Shown: piece after piece, positions 29,728 to 39,024 of the stretch
Layout of the letters: the number at the start of each line of letters is the position of its first letter
Position numbering within the stretch: position 1 is the first letter of the stretch
Virus record (IMG/VR): IMGVR_UViG_3300020213_000017
Source: an uncultured virus (IMG/VR IMGVR_UViG_3300020213_000017)
Lineage: Duplodnaviria; Heunggongvirae; Uroviricota; Caudoviricetes
DNA length: 64,000 nt
Strand: one strand, 5' to 3'
Notes under the pieces: model-generated
What the model saw: only the letters and a program-made list of their open reading frames with translations
Database searches by the model: none
What the model was told of the DNA's origin: nothing
Position numbers and translations under genes: made by a program

Positions 29728-32220
29728 TTATTGGGTGGGCTTTCCGGCCTGATCTTGATTCTCAGCGCCACCCAGTGCCGCATATTTATTAAGAATTTTT
29801 TCGAATAGGCTCAAGTCTTTGCTTCCCTTGCCTTCTTCTAGGGCTTTCTGAAGCTCAGCATTCATTTCTCGAACCTTATGGGTAAACAGAGCAGCGGATT
29901 TGGAAGCAGCATCCATGCTACCACTCATTTCGTTAAAATTTTTCAATACCGTTCCAGCATCTGCTGCCATCGCTTGGATAGTACTGTCTTCCATGCGACC
30001 AGTGTCTCTACTGCCCAATCGGCCTTCTACAGCGGTATCACCTGGGGCTCCTGGTCCGTATTGTTCTGCACCTGGTATTTTCCCTACGCTGCCAAAGGTA
30101 AAAGCTTGCTGTTCTCGCTGTCCTTTATAGCCCAACTCTGCAGCGTGGAACATACCTAGATTGGACAAGTCTTGCTGTATGTCTTTTGGAAGTTTGCTAA
30201 AATTTTCGTCAGTTACCTTCTCAACACCAATATCCTTGAGCTTGCTACGAATTTTGTCTCGTAGGCTGTCTGATTCGCTAAAACGGCTTACAGCGCCTTC
30301 ATTTACATTAGAAATTTTCTTTACAAGTTCTTTTGGATCAATCTTAAGAAAGTCGGCAGCGCCTTTAATCAAGAAATTGCTTTCGTTAAGGTCCTCTTCT
30401 TTAATCTGCATGATTGCCTGCTTTTGTATTGTAGAAAGCTGAGAAAGCTTAGAATCTCTCATAAAGCCAGCAGCCCGCATAACGCCACGAGGGCCAGATG
30501 TTGTGGAAGAAATTTGCTGATATTGCTCATAGGCGGTCTTTGAAGCCTCAATACCCTTGGTGGTATTTTCAGACAAATATCTGCCCAATCCACCAGAAAT
30601 ACGCTCAAAGTCACTATCGGTTTTAGCACCAGAACGACCTATAGCCTCCGCAGCGACTGCGGTGAATCTGCGATTTTCTTCCGCAAATTTACTATCATCT
30701 AAACCTAAACGCATACCTTCAGACAAAATCTTGATGGTCGCCTGCTTAGTAGCTTCGCCTGATCCTACGCCGCCTGAAATACTTCCCATAATCTGAGAAG
30801 CGTTTGTAAGGTCGAAGCCGCGCTCCATCTGATTTCCAAGAACAGACCCTCTTGCTGCGCGAGTAGAACCGCCTGCCGCAAGAATTCCTGAGCTCATCTG
30901 TTGAGACATCTCTGGAGTGAAACCGGCATCAATACCCTGTTTTAAGAATCCGCCTGGGCCATAAAAATCTCTGTTTCGCATTCCCATTCCGCGCTGAGAG
31001 CCAAGTCTTCCCTGGAAATCCTGTTCATATTCAGAAATAGCTCGTTGTTTAAAGGGATTCATTTTCTTCTGAGCCTCTAATGAGCCCTGGAAACCGGAAG
31101 AAAGCTCTTCTGCTATCATAGATTGATATTGATTAGACATAGTGCTAGAAAATGGAGAAAGAGCCAGAGCCCGTTTTCTCTTGTCGGTTAGAATACCTCC
31201 TACGCCGTATGCGAAACCCCCCATACCACCAAGAATTCCGCCGCCTAGTGCGCCAGCCGCAGCGCCTGGAATAGCGCCTACGCCACCGGCCAAAGATCCT
31301 AGGGCAGCACCGCCCACAAAACCAGATCCGGCACCTCCTGCAATTCCAGCGCCGGTAGATTTAAGAATGCCCATAGGCAAACTCATCAGATCTGCGTTCT
31401 GAGCATTACGTGATTGAGCAAGTGCCATCTGAGCAGCCTTGGCACGCTCAGGATTCCACATCTGTTCAAACGCTGTACGTTTGCTGTAAATATTCCCTAC
31501 ATCTCTTCCCAGCACTCCCTGAACAGCATTTCCGGTCGCTTGTTGGGTCTGAATTGGAGCTTGGCCAAAACCACGATACGTATCAACGCCCATTTGACCA
31601 ATAGTTCCTACACCGGCCATCAGAGAACCAAACATACCCAGAGCTGCACCTGGATTGGCTGCCGCCATACGCCCGCCTGCAGTCATTGCACCGCCCATGC
31701 CACCTCCCTGGTAGGCATTCATTAGGCGCTGAGCACCTTGGGGTGTTGCATTTTGGCGAGCTTCCACAAGCTGATTTAATTGAGCGTCACGTTGCTTATA
31801 AGCCTGTTTGGCTCTAGAATTGTTTTCTTCCACTCGTGCAATCTGTTCTTTGAGCTTAAGCTCTTCAGCAGAATCCTTAACCGCCTGTTTTTGCAGTTCT
31901 TTCATTTCTCTTAGCTTGCCAGTACGCTGTTCGATTAGTTTAACAAGTTGTTGTTGACCCTTGGCTTCTTCCTTGATCATCTGATCAAGCTCACGGCGGG
32001 CTGATTGGGTAGATCTTTTGTAGGCTTCCATGCTTTGTTGAGACATGCCGCCTGGGGTGGAGCCGCCAGCTCCTCCCATGCCTATGCTTTGAAGATTTTG
32101 AGCGGTTTTTTGCTGGTCTTTGGGCGTGTAAAGCTCTTTCAGCTTGCGCTGCATAGACTCAACACTTTTATCAAAGTCGGAAGTATCGAATTTTGCTGAG
32201 ATAATTAATTCTTTACGCAT
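29728..32220 (-). CDS. Tail tape measure protein
   Basis: N-terminal coiled coil, Gly/Ala-rich hydrophobic middle, helical remainder; first gene of the tail/baseplate run. Confidence 0.7.
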   Translation of the reverse strand: MRKELIISAKFDTSDFDKSVESMQRKLKELYTPKDQQKTAQNLQSIGMGGAGGSTPGGMSQQSMEAYKRSTQSARRELDQMIKEEAKGQQQLVKLIEQRTGKLREMKELQKQAVKDSAEELKLKEQIARVEENNSRAKQAYKQRDAQLNQLVEARQNATPQGAQRLMNAYQGGGMGGAMTAGGRMAAANPGAALGMFGSLMAGVGTIGQMGVDTYRGFGQAPIQTQQATGNAVQGVLGRDVGNIYSKRTAFEQMWNPERAKAAQMALAQSRNAQNADLMSLPMGILKSTGAGIAGGAGSGFVGGAALGSLAGGVGAIPGAAAGALGGGILGGMGGFAYGVGGILTDKRKRALALSPFSSTMSNQYQSMIAEELSSGFQGSLEAQKKMNPFKQRAISEYEQDFQGRLGSQRGMGMRNRDFYGPGGFLKQGIDAGFTPEMSQQMSSGILAAGGSTRAARGSVLGNQMERGFDLTNASQIMGSISGGVGSGEATKQATIKILSEGMRLGLDDSKFAEENRRFTAVAAEAIGRSGAKTDSDFERISGGLGRYLSENTTKGIEASKTAYEQYQQISSTTSGPRGVMRAAGFMRDSKLSQLSTIQKQAIMQIKEEDLNESNFLIKGAADFLKIDPKELVKKISNVNEGAVSRFSESDSLRDKIRSKLKDIGVEKVTDENFSKLPKDIQQDLSNLGMFHAAELGYKGQREQQAFTFGSVGKIPGAEQYGPGAPGDTAVEGRLGSRDTGRMEDSTIQAMAADAGTVLKNFNEMSGSMDAASKSAALFTHKVREMNAELQKALEEGKGSKDLSLFEKILNKYAALGGAENQDQAGKPTQ

Positions 32221-32334
32221 TTAGTCAACCACTACGCTTACAGACATGAAATTCCATCCGTATTTAAGATTTTGTACGATCTGCCCGACACAGGCCTTTC
32301 CATTGATTTTATTAGCAATTTTGTAAACTAGCAT
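32221..32334 (-). pseudogene. Remnant of a GIY-YIG homing endonuclease
   Basis: 37-aa ORF MLVYKIANKINGKACVGQIVQNLKYGWNF... with GGTGA SD. Resembles the GIY-YIG N-terminus (VYKITNxINGKxYVGQT) with Tyr and Arg replaced and the rest missing. Confidence 0.65.
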
Positions 32335-32467
32335 AAATATCTCACCTTTTAAGATTACGCTCATGCCTCGTATCACTATTTATCACGTAATGGGCTTAAA
32401 ACAGACCATATTCTATTGCTTGACTAATCCCTGCGATTCCCGCAGTATCTACAGAAGGAGATAAAAA

Positions 32468-32722
32468 GTGCATAAAAACAAAAAAAGCCAAAAGATCAGG
32501 AAGTTTTCTTTACTGGACAGTCTTCCTAAAAATGAGGAAGAATTCCTTAAGCGGCTGATTGCACACTCCGAAAAAATGATTAGCCCTAACAATACCGAAA
32601 TCGACATGTTCTTTAGGGGTCAGGCTGACAGACAGCGAGCCAAACTGGAAAATTTGATAAAAACAAGAGCAATACACAAAGAAATAAGATATAATGGAAG
32701 ATGCTCGAACATTTGGACATAA
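32468..32722 (+). CDS. Hypothetical protein
   Basis: AAGGAG SD; TTGACT-N17-CAGTAT upstream. Confidence 0.6.
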   Translation: MHKNKKSQKIRKFSLLDSLPKNEEEFLKRLIAHSEKMISPNNTEIDMFFRGQADRQRAKLENLIKTRAIHKEIRYNGRCSNIWT

Positions 32723-32964
32723 TTCTGTTGTATTTGCTTATGCTTGCAATAGGGTTTATGTTTGTGGTATTGGTGTTCAGGTCCATGGGAAGCTTGATCA
32801 AGTTCAAAGCAATACCACTGTGCAAAATAGGGGTTCACAAAATGTACAGACATGAGCATGGCGTTAGAAAATCAAATTACCATTGCTCATGGTGTAAGAA
32901 GACTAGAAAACACCCTAAACTTAAAATCGTTCATGGTAGCAAAAAATTCCCAATGGCCAAATAA
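32701..32964 (+). CDS. Hypothetical membrane protein with Cys/His motif
   Basis: N-terminal TM segment, then LC..G.H...CSWC. Confidence 0.6.
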   Translation: MLEHLDIILLYLLMLAIGFMFVVLVFRSMGSLIKFKAIPLCKIGVHKMYRHEHGVRKSNYHCSWCKKTRKHPKLKIVHGSKKFPMAK

Positions 32965-32972
32965 AAGGTGTT

Positions 32973-33422
32973 ATGCAAAAACTACGTGTAAAAAAACTTC
33001 ATCCAGATGCTGTTCTTCCCAAATACCAAAGCAAAGGTGCGTCTGGTTTTGATTTCGTTGCTGTTGAAGATGTTCGAATTGGTCCAGGAGAAACCAAGGT
33101 CGTATCGACCGGTATTTCCTTGGCCATAGAAGAAGGGTTTGAAGTTCAGGTTCGTCCTCGCTCTGGGCTTACTTTAAAAACCACCCTACGAGTGGCCAAC
33201 ACCCCTGGCACTATCGATTCAGATTTCAGAGGGCCAGTAGGAATCATAATGACAAACTCTCTAACCATTAAAGATAACAAGGATGTGATTGTCAAAAAAG
33301 GTGATCGAATTGCACAGGGCGTAATCGTTCCTGTGGTCCAAGCTGAGATCACAGAGGTCGATAGCCTGGATGAAACTGAACGTGGATCTGGTGGATTTGG
33401 TTCTACTGGATCAAAAGGATAA
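32973..33422 (+). CDS. dut: dUTPase (trimeric)
   Basis: SGFD, RPRSG, GTIDSDFRG, RIAQ and RGSGGFGSTG motifs. Confidence 0.95.
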   Translation: MQKLRVKKLHPDAVLPKYQSKGASGFDFVAVEDVRIGPGETKVVSTGISLAIEEGFEVQVRPRSGLTLKTTLRVANTPGTIDSDFRGPVGIIMTNSLTIKDNKDVIVKKGDRIAQGVIVPVVQAEITEVDSLDETERGSGGFGSTGSKG

Positions 33423-33423
33423 T

Positions 33424-33567
33424 ATGAGATACTTAATGCTACTTTTACTGGCTCTTGTTGTTACCGGTTGTGCTAACACAGAAACCGACCGCTGTCGTAA
33501 GAAAGACGGCGTTACTCGCTGCGAGCCTAGAGAGCCTAGCGAACCCCGTGGTCGCCTCTACAACTAG
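33424..33567 (+). CDS. Small lipoprotein
   Basis: MRYLMLLLLALVVTGC lipobox. Confidence 0.6.
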   Translation: MRYLMLLLLALVVTGCANTETDRCRKKDGVTRCEPREPSEPRGRLYN

Positions 33568-33587
33568 AAAATAATCAAGCTTCTTGA

Positions 33588-33680
33588 TTGTCCTAATCGG
33601 GACAATTAAGAGGCTTAAATACGTCTATTTGTCCTAATCGGGACAATTAAGAGGCTTAAATACGTCTATTTGTCCCGATT
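33588..33680. repeat. 41-bp tandem repeat (about 2.2 copies) with an internal hairpin, between convergent genes
   Basis: TTGTCC unit starts at 33588, 33629 and 33670; the full units contain TTGTCCT-AATC-GGGACAA. Confidence 0.85.
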
Positions 33681-33690
33681 CGCGTCCAGG

Positions 33691-34554
33691 TTATAGATTC
33701 TTTTCTTTGAAGATGCTTTTGATGAAGCTAAAGATCCAGCTAAGAGATTGCCTCTTGATACTCATAAGCTCTTGCTCAGTTCCTACAATCTGACCTTCTT
33801 TTACGAGGTCATCAAAATAATCAAAAGCGATCTGTTTTAGAGAAGCGGGATATTCCACAACATAGCGTTCATCCTTAGACAAAAGTTTCTCTAGTCTAAT
33901 AGGTTGAAGCAGGTGGGAATAGTCAGGGCCTTTTTCTTTAGGCGCTTTGTCGCCTCTTGATTTGGTCCACTGAGTCTCTTCTGCCGTAAAGACTTCTTTG
34001 TAACGAGAGCCTATAATCTGCACTACGACTCCCTCAGGGTGCATAAACCCTAGGGCTAATTTGGAGCCATTGGTCTTTAGATCATCCATCGCAATTTTCA
34101 CTTGACCAAGATCGAATTTTCCTTTGTAGAGAACCGGTACCAGGACGGTCTGGGGAGGAAGGATCGCAGGGTCGTATCGCCAATAATCAAACAGAATAAA
34201 AAACTTTTCCTTAAGCCCTTCGCCGGAATTAATCCCTAGACCAGCCCATTCGCCAAAATGCTGACCAGGACCAAGCTTCTCTACAAACGCTTCTTTATTG
34301 GCATATGCGAATGCAGCAAAACCATAATTGTCGTCGCCAGGAACAATCCATCTAGTGCGTGAGCCGCAGCGAAAATCAAAGTATTGACCATTTAGTTCAA
34401 CAATACCCACGTCTTTATTGGATTTTCTAAAAATCGCAATTTCTGGGTCCAATGGTACGATCATAATTTGGGCATTAGAGCCGTGGATTTTCTGGGTGAT
34501 AGAAAATTTGACGGAACTAAGCTTTTTAATCTCGGGAAAGGATTTGAATTCCAT
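33691..34554 (-). CDS. RNA ligase, Rnl2-like nucleotidyltransferase
   Basis: TQKIHGSN (motif I), SRT, FGEWAG (III), FILFD (IIIa) and EGVV (IV). Confidence 0.8.
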   Translation of the reverse strand: MEFKSFPEIKKLSSVKFSITQKIHGSNAQIMIVPLDPEIAIFRKSNKDVGIVELNGQYFDFRCGSRTRWIVPGDDNYGFAAFAYANKEAFVEKLGPGQHFGEWAGLGINSGEGLKEKFFILFDYWRYDPAILPPQTVLVPVLYKGKFDLGQVKIAMDDLKTNGSKLALGFMHPEGVVVQIIGSRYKEVFTAEETQWTKSRGDKAPKEKGPDYSHLLQPIRLEKLLSKDERYVVEYPASLKQIAFDYFDDLVKEGQIVGTEQELMSIKRQSLSWIFSFIKSIFKEKNL

Positions 34555-34562
34555 GGCAACCT

Positions 34563-34898
34563 CTAGATAGAAGTGTTCAAAAACGCGTTTACAACAGCAG
34601 TACGAAGACGACCTACTGGTGTCACTTCATCGAGCTGAAGACTTCCAAGGTCTTCACCAATTGCATTGGCCACCGTCATAGCAGTAACAATAGACCCCTT
34701 GTTTAGGATATAGCCGCCGCCAGGACCGCGTTTTACGCTTACAATGCCAGCTTCACGCAGATTGCGCATAATCTGTTCTAGGAAGTTTACAGTGGTTCCA
34801 ACGTCAACAGTCATATCTACCACTCTGGTAGGACCAGTTTTCGTCTTGAGAATATTGACCGCGTTGATTCCAATTTCGAGTTTGCGAGTGAGTTTCAT
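34563..34898 (-). CDS. Rrf2-family transcriptional regulator lacking cysteines
   Basis: FLEQIMRNLREAGIVSVKRGPGGGYIL wHTH signature; no Cys in the protein. Confidence 0.85.
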   Translation of the reverse strand: MKLTRKLEIGINAVNILKTKTGPTRVVDMTVDVGTTVNFLEQIMRNLREAGIVSVKRGPGGGYILNKGSIVTAMTVANAIGEDLGSLQLDEVTPVGRLRTAVVNAFLNTSI

Positions 34899-35123
34899 TG
34901 ATTTCTCCTTAAATTTAGTATCTAGATATAGAGTAAACTAGTTTTATCGGCAATGCAAATCATATTCAGAAAATTGCAAATATGGTCTACATTATTGGTA
35001 TATAGCCGAAATCACTACCAAATAGCGATTGGGCAGGTTACAGTGACTTCTGTTTCTTCTTTAATATCAGGGCTATAAAGGACACTGCGGTAGATTTTGC
35101 GAACCATAGGCTTGCCGCAGAAA

Positions 35124-35414
35124 CTATTCGGATTCGGTAGAGTGCTGGAGCAACTGCTCAAAAGGAGGAGCGCCAGGAGTGGGATTTTCGACAGAAGTGT
35201 AACCATAAAACTTGATTAGTCCTTTCATTGATTTTATCACATGAGCAGGATAGTTGTCAATCTCGCCAATCCAATAAGCAGATACAATACAGGGAACGCC
35301 GGTCAACATAGATATTGCTGAAATGGCGTCTTTGGGATTTTTATGACCCTCTCTCTTGTACCAATCCTGCGCTATTTTCTTGCTACCTTTATATAACCCA
35401 ATATCTAATCTCAT
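35124..35414 (-). CDS. Hypothetical protein
   Basis: AGGAG SD before the ATG. Confidence 0.6.
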   Translation of the reverse strand: MRLDIGLYKGSKKIAQDWYKREGHKNPKDAISAISMLTGVPCIVSAYWIGEIDNYPAHVIKSMKGLIKFYGYTSVENPTPGAPPFEQLLQHSTESE

Positions 35415-35459
35415 TTGTTACTCCTGATTGTACCTACAAGGTTAGAATAGTCGATAAAA

Positions 35460-36365
35460 CTAGCCAGGGCAACCTTTTTCGAGCAATGTTTTTATTTCGT
35501 ATTTGTCAATATTTTCGTTAGGAATAGTCTTCCTGTATTGCATCCAGCCACGAAAATTCCCTGATTGAAAATCTGGCTCGAACATCGCCATAGCCTGATG
35601 CTCAGATGGAGATGCGTGAATTGGAGTGTTACCCAAAAGACGCTGATACAGGTCGAGATCCTGCTGAATAGTAGACTTGGTCCCATCGTGGTTCATATAG
35701 GATACGCGAGCGCAACGGGCCACTGAACGCTTAATCGCAAGGGTCATCGCTTCTTCTTCGTCTGCTACACAGGACACCCCGTACAAAATACTGCATTCAG
35801 CCAGAGATTCCTTGTCCATAAAGGGAAGGTGCCAATATCCAGGGTTTACGGTTTTAATATCAATTGAAGAATAGAGATCATACATCTTAGCAGCAAGAGC
35901 GTGGATCTCAGGCTGAGCGTCTGGGTGAACACGCAGAGCAAAAAAATTATCCCACTCTGTAGCTGTTACTACAACGGTAATATGATTCCAGGGCTCCAGC
36001 ACGCGATTGGCGACCTGTTTATGAACCCCAAGTCGGTCCAAAATAGAAGCTGCAATACAAGCGGTATGTCCTAAAGCCTTCCATATGAATACGGCAGCTT
36101 TCTTTTTTAAAGCAGACACTTCTTCTTTTGCTTGCATACCAGGTCTGTTTGCGCCGATATGAATCGGTATCACCATGTTAGAACGAACCATTGCAATTTG
36201 TTTCTTTACAGGTATAGCGCGGGAGCTTGATGCATTACGAGACAAAACTCTGTGCGTCATAAATTCAGCATGGATAAAGCGAGGGTAGGTAAGAACAAAG
36301 GTTGTTATGCGCTTACCGGCCTTGGACATAGAATCAGCTACGATTTTGACTTCGATCATACACAC
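35460..36365 (-). CDS. thyX: FAD-dependent thymidylate synthase ThyX
   Basis: RFIHAEFMTHRVLSRNASSSRAIP, HKQVANRVLEP, W.NFF.LR.H..AQPEI, ARCARVSY and HASP.EH. Confidence 0.9.
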   Translation of the reverse strand: MCMIEVKIVADSMSKAGKRITTFVLTYPRFIHAEFMTHRVLSRNASSSRAIPVKKQIAMVRSNMVIPIHIGANRPGMQAKEEVSALKKKAAVFIWKALGHTACIAASILDRLGVHKQVANRVLEPWNHITVVVTATEWDNFFALRVHPDAQPEIHALAAKMYDLYSSIDIKTVNPGYWHLPFMDKESLAECSILYGVSCVADEEEAMTLAIKRSVARCARVSYMNHDGTKSTIQQDLDLYQRLLGNTPIHASPSEHQAMAMFEPDFQSGNFRGWMQYRKTIPNENIDKYEIKTLLEKGCPG

Positions 36366-36577
36366 TCCACGGCTATACCGTACATTTTAGCAAGATCGCA
36401 AACCTGAAGAACGGCCAGATCTTTGCTGTTAAAATTACCAACATTCTTAGCGTTTAAATCAACGGATCGAAAAACCATATCGTTGAACTGAGCGGCTTTA
36501 GCAGAATCATCTAGTAGTTTGGCTACAGCTTTACGAATAGCGTCAGGATTGCTGAGTTTAGTTTTTAAAGTTTTCAT
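36356..36577 (-). CDS. Hypothetical protein
   Basis: Co-oriented ORF overlapping the thyX start. Confidence 0.55.
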   Translation of the reverse strand: MKTLKTKLSNPDAIRKAVAKLLDDSAKAAQFNDMVFRSVDLNAKNVGNFNSKDLAVLQVCDLAKMYGIAVECV

Positions 36578-36798
36578 TAAAATCCGTCACAGTCTTCGTA
36601 TTCTCTCATCTCTATAGCCTCATAACGAAAAATGGCAATTAATTTATTCTTTTTTGCCATTTTTTCTTCTGTTTAAGTAAATTTTAGTTGCCGCATAAAC
36701 CCCAATTGCTAAAAAACCACCAGGCACAACGATGGCAACTGCCCATATGAGCACTGGAAGTTTTTTAAATGTCTTTTTGGTTTCTCTAAAAATCTTTT

Positions 36799-37287
36799 TC
36801 ACTTTTTAAGGCCCCATTTTTTGACCAAATATTTCCTACGTTCTCTTGGGATATACTTAGAACTCATAAAATTTTTACCATTTAAATGTTCGATCTCATG
36901 CTGTACGCAAACAGCGTGAATCCCCTTAAAAACTTTAGTGCATTCTTGGCCTTTTTCGTCTTGAAATCTAATCGATACCGAATCCCAGCGTGTTCCGGTA
37001 CATATAATCTCGCCTGGAGCAGAAAGACACCCTTCTTTTAAAGAGCTTATTTTTAGGGAACTGGATGATATCACAGGATTGATAAAAAACAACTGTTCTT
37101 TGTCTGGACCTTCCATTACAAATATGCGATATTTAAGACCAACTTGATTTGCGGCCAGTCCGATCCCTTTGGTAGCCTTTAAAGTGTCCCACATTGACCG
37201 TAATATAATCTTAAGTTCAGGTCCAAAGACCGTTACCTTGCTGCAGACAACAGACAGGCTAGGGTTTGGGAATTTTAAAATTTCCAT
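36799..37287 (-). CDS. def: Peptide deformylase
   Basis: GIGLAANQVG, EGCLS and QHEIEHLNG motifs. Confidence 0.93.
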   Translation of the reverse strand: MEILKFPNPSLSVVCSKVTVFGPELKIILRSMWDTLKATKGIGLAANQVGLKYRIFVMEGPDKEQLFFINPVISSSSLKISSLKEGCLSAPGEIICTGTRWDSVSIRFQDEKGQECTKVFKGIHAVCVQHEIEHLNGKNFMSSKYIPRERRKYLVKKWGLKK

Positions 37288-37400
37288 AAGATATTTTGCT
37301 CATTTCATAGTAAGGTTTTTCACACCCCTCATAAATATTGTAACCTGTGACGAGCGCAAATCCAACATAGATTACCGTCAAGCAAATCACGGTCTTAGGG

Positions 37401-37649
37401 CTAGCTTTCTTCATTTTCTCTCCTATGAGTCCTGTGCCAGAAGGCTCGTTCTGCTTGTGGATCAGTGTGACTAAAAGGAACTTCATCGTCTAGTATTTTA
37501 GAGGCCAGCTTTGTCAAGTGTTCCTTGCTGACTTTTTCGGCAGTTTTTAAAGCGGTTCCGATCAAAACCATAGCTTCTTTACCATTAATTTCGCGTTTCT
37601 TCCATCTAGTGCAAATATCACACATTGTTTTTATCCTTAAGACTGTCAA
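37401..37649 (-). CDS. Hypothetical protein (start probably at MCDIC)
   Basis: Co-oriented ORF in the gene run. Confidence 0.5.
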   Translation of the reverse strand: MTVLRIKTMCDICTRWKKREINGKEAMVLIGTALKTAEKVSKEHLTKLASKILDDEVPFSHTDPQAERAFWHRTHRRENEES

Positions 37650-37947
37650 GTAACTGCCAGCCCAACATTGCGAACAGTCTGTTCACTAATAGCTCAAATG
37701 CTGAATTTTCCAAAGTATGAGATTGCATATGTTTTCTAAAATATTCTGGACAGACGATATCGGCCTTTTTAAGCAGTCTGTGGCCTTCCTCTTCAGAGCC
37801 CATTTCGTACCAGTCGTGAGCTAAACATACAAAGGCCTGTGCTGTATATTGTGGAGAAAGGGTAGCCTGTTCTTCCATGTCAATTTCCATCTTTCTCAAG
37901 GCTTCAGCGGTCTTCTTGTCACCTTCTGGAACATCACCGTGCAACAT
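37618..37947 (-). CDS. Hypothetical protein
   Basis: AGGAG SD; co-oriented. Confidence 0.65.
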   Translation of the reverse strand: MLHGDVPEGDKKTAEALRKMEIDMEEQATLSPQYTAQAFVCLAHDWYEMGSEEEGHRLLKKADIVCPEYFRKHMQSHTLENSAFELLVNRLFAMLGWQLLDSLKDKNNV

Positions 37948-38014
37948 TGTAACTCCTAATAATCACTTCACAAATAGGTTTTTGTAGCTTTAACGTCTTA
38001 TCTTTCATGGATTC

Positions 38015-38770
38015 CTAAAAAGAAACTAGAGACATTTGAGAAATTATCTTGGCAATTCTGAGATATTCTTCACCTTTGATCTTCACGCGCAAACCATTGT
38101 TGAAACGCACCACAAAACCTTCATCATCCTCAGAAAGGGTCTTTTGCAGGACGATCATCTGCTCAATGGTAAGGTCATATTTTTTAGCGCACTCCATAAA
38201 CATTAAACTAGCATACTTTTCAGCTTGCTCTGGAGGAACCTCTTCACCCGTTTCACGGTCAAAGGCACCAAGAAACACGAGCTTCTTTTGACCCCTGCAG
38301 TCTACCACAATCTTGTTTTCTGGATAGATAATTTCAACCAAAAGCGTGATGCTGTCTGGGATCGACATCATATTGTATTGCTTAAGCATGATTTGAGCTA
38401 CACCGGCTTGGTCAGAATAGAAGCTATCGCGAGTAGATATGTTCCAGTAGCCTTGATAATTGAAGATGATACCTAAAGAGCCATCCACCTTCTCAAATGA
38501 TTTGTAGCCCTGTTGCATAGGAAGCCTATCTATAGATGTCTCTTCCGTCTCGCCCAGGTTGAAAAATTTGGGAAATGGTTTTGCTACAAGCAACCCTGTA
38601 TCAGCTTCTAGAATCAAACCGCGCGAGATCTTGGTAAATTGACTCCAGTTGCGCTCGAAAGCGGTTTTGTCGGTATAGTCAAAAAGGATCAAACCCCCTT
38701 TAGTAGAGCTTCTCAGGTAGCCTTCTTTTACAAGATTTTCAAATTCTTGGATGTCATATTTGATACTCAT
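38015..38770 (-). CDS. T4 Rnl1-type RNA ligase, C-terminally truncated (possible pseudogene)
   Basis: RGLIL, PFPKFFN, EKVDGSLG, EIIYPEN, EGFVV and RVKIKG motifs; ends at SF-TAG-ESM. Confidence 0.8.
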   Translation of the reverse strand: MSIKYDIQEFENLVKEGYLRSSTKGGLILFDYTDKTAFERNWSQFTKISRGLILEADTGLLVAKPFPKFFNLGETEETSIDRLPMQQGYKSFEKVDGSLGIIFNYQGYWNISTRDSFYSDQAGVAQIMLKQYNMMSIPDSITLLVEIIYPENKIVVDCRGQKKLVFLGAFDRETGEEVPPEQAEKYASLMFMECAKKYDLTIEQMIVLQKTLSEDDEGFVVRFNNGLRVKIKGEEYLRIAKIISQMSLVSF

Positions 38771-39024
38771 CGGTTATCCCTGATAACTTGCTTTGGAAGT
38801 GGAATCCAAGTACGCCCTATCAAACACATAATTAGCTTTTCTTTACCATAACGAGTTGCCTCTTTGAGCTGTTCGTAAACATGTTCTGGAAGCAAGGTTT
38901 CGTTCCAAAATGGAAATACTAGAGTGCCAGAAGGGAATTCCACAGGATCACCGTGAGGGGTAGACGGATCTTTTACCTGGATGCCTTTTTTGAGAGAATA
39001 TTCTGGAAGCCTCACCAGGACCAT
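38767..39024 (-). CDS. Hypothetical protein
   Basis: ATGA overlap with the ligase gene. Confidence 0.55.
   Translation of the reverse strand: MVLVRLPEYSLKKGIQVKDPSTPHGDPVEFPSGTLVFPFWNETLLPEHVYEQLKEATRYGKEKLIMCLIGRTWIPLPKQVIRDNR

Noticed and set aside
43..32199. Many plus-strand ORFs inside structural genes (e.g. 43..423, 16072..16704)
   Set aside because: Antisense shadows of long minus-strand genes, with no SD or motifs.
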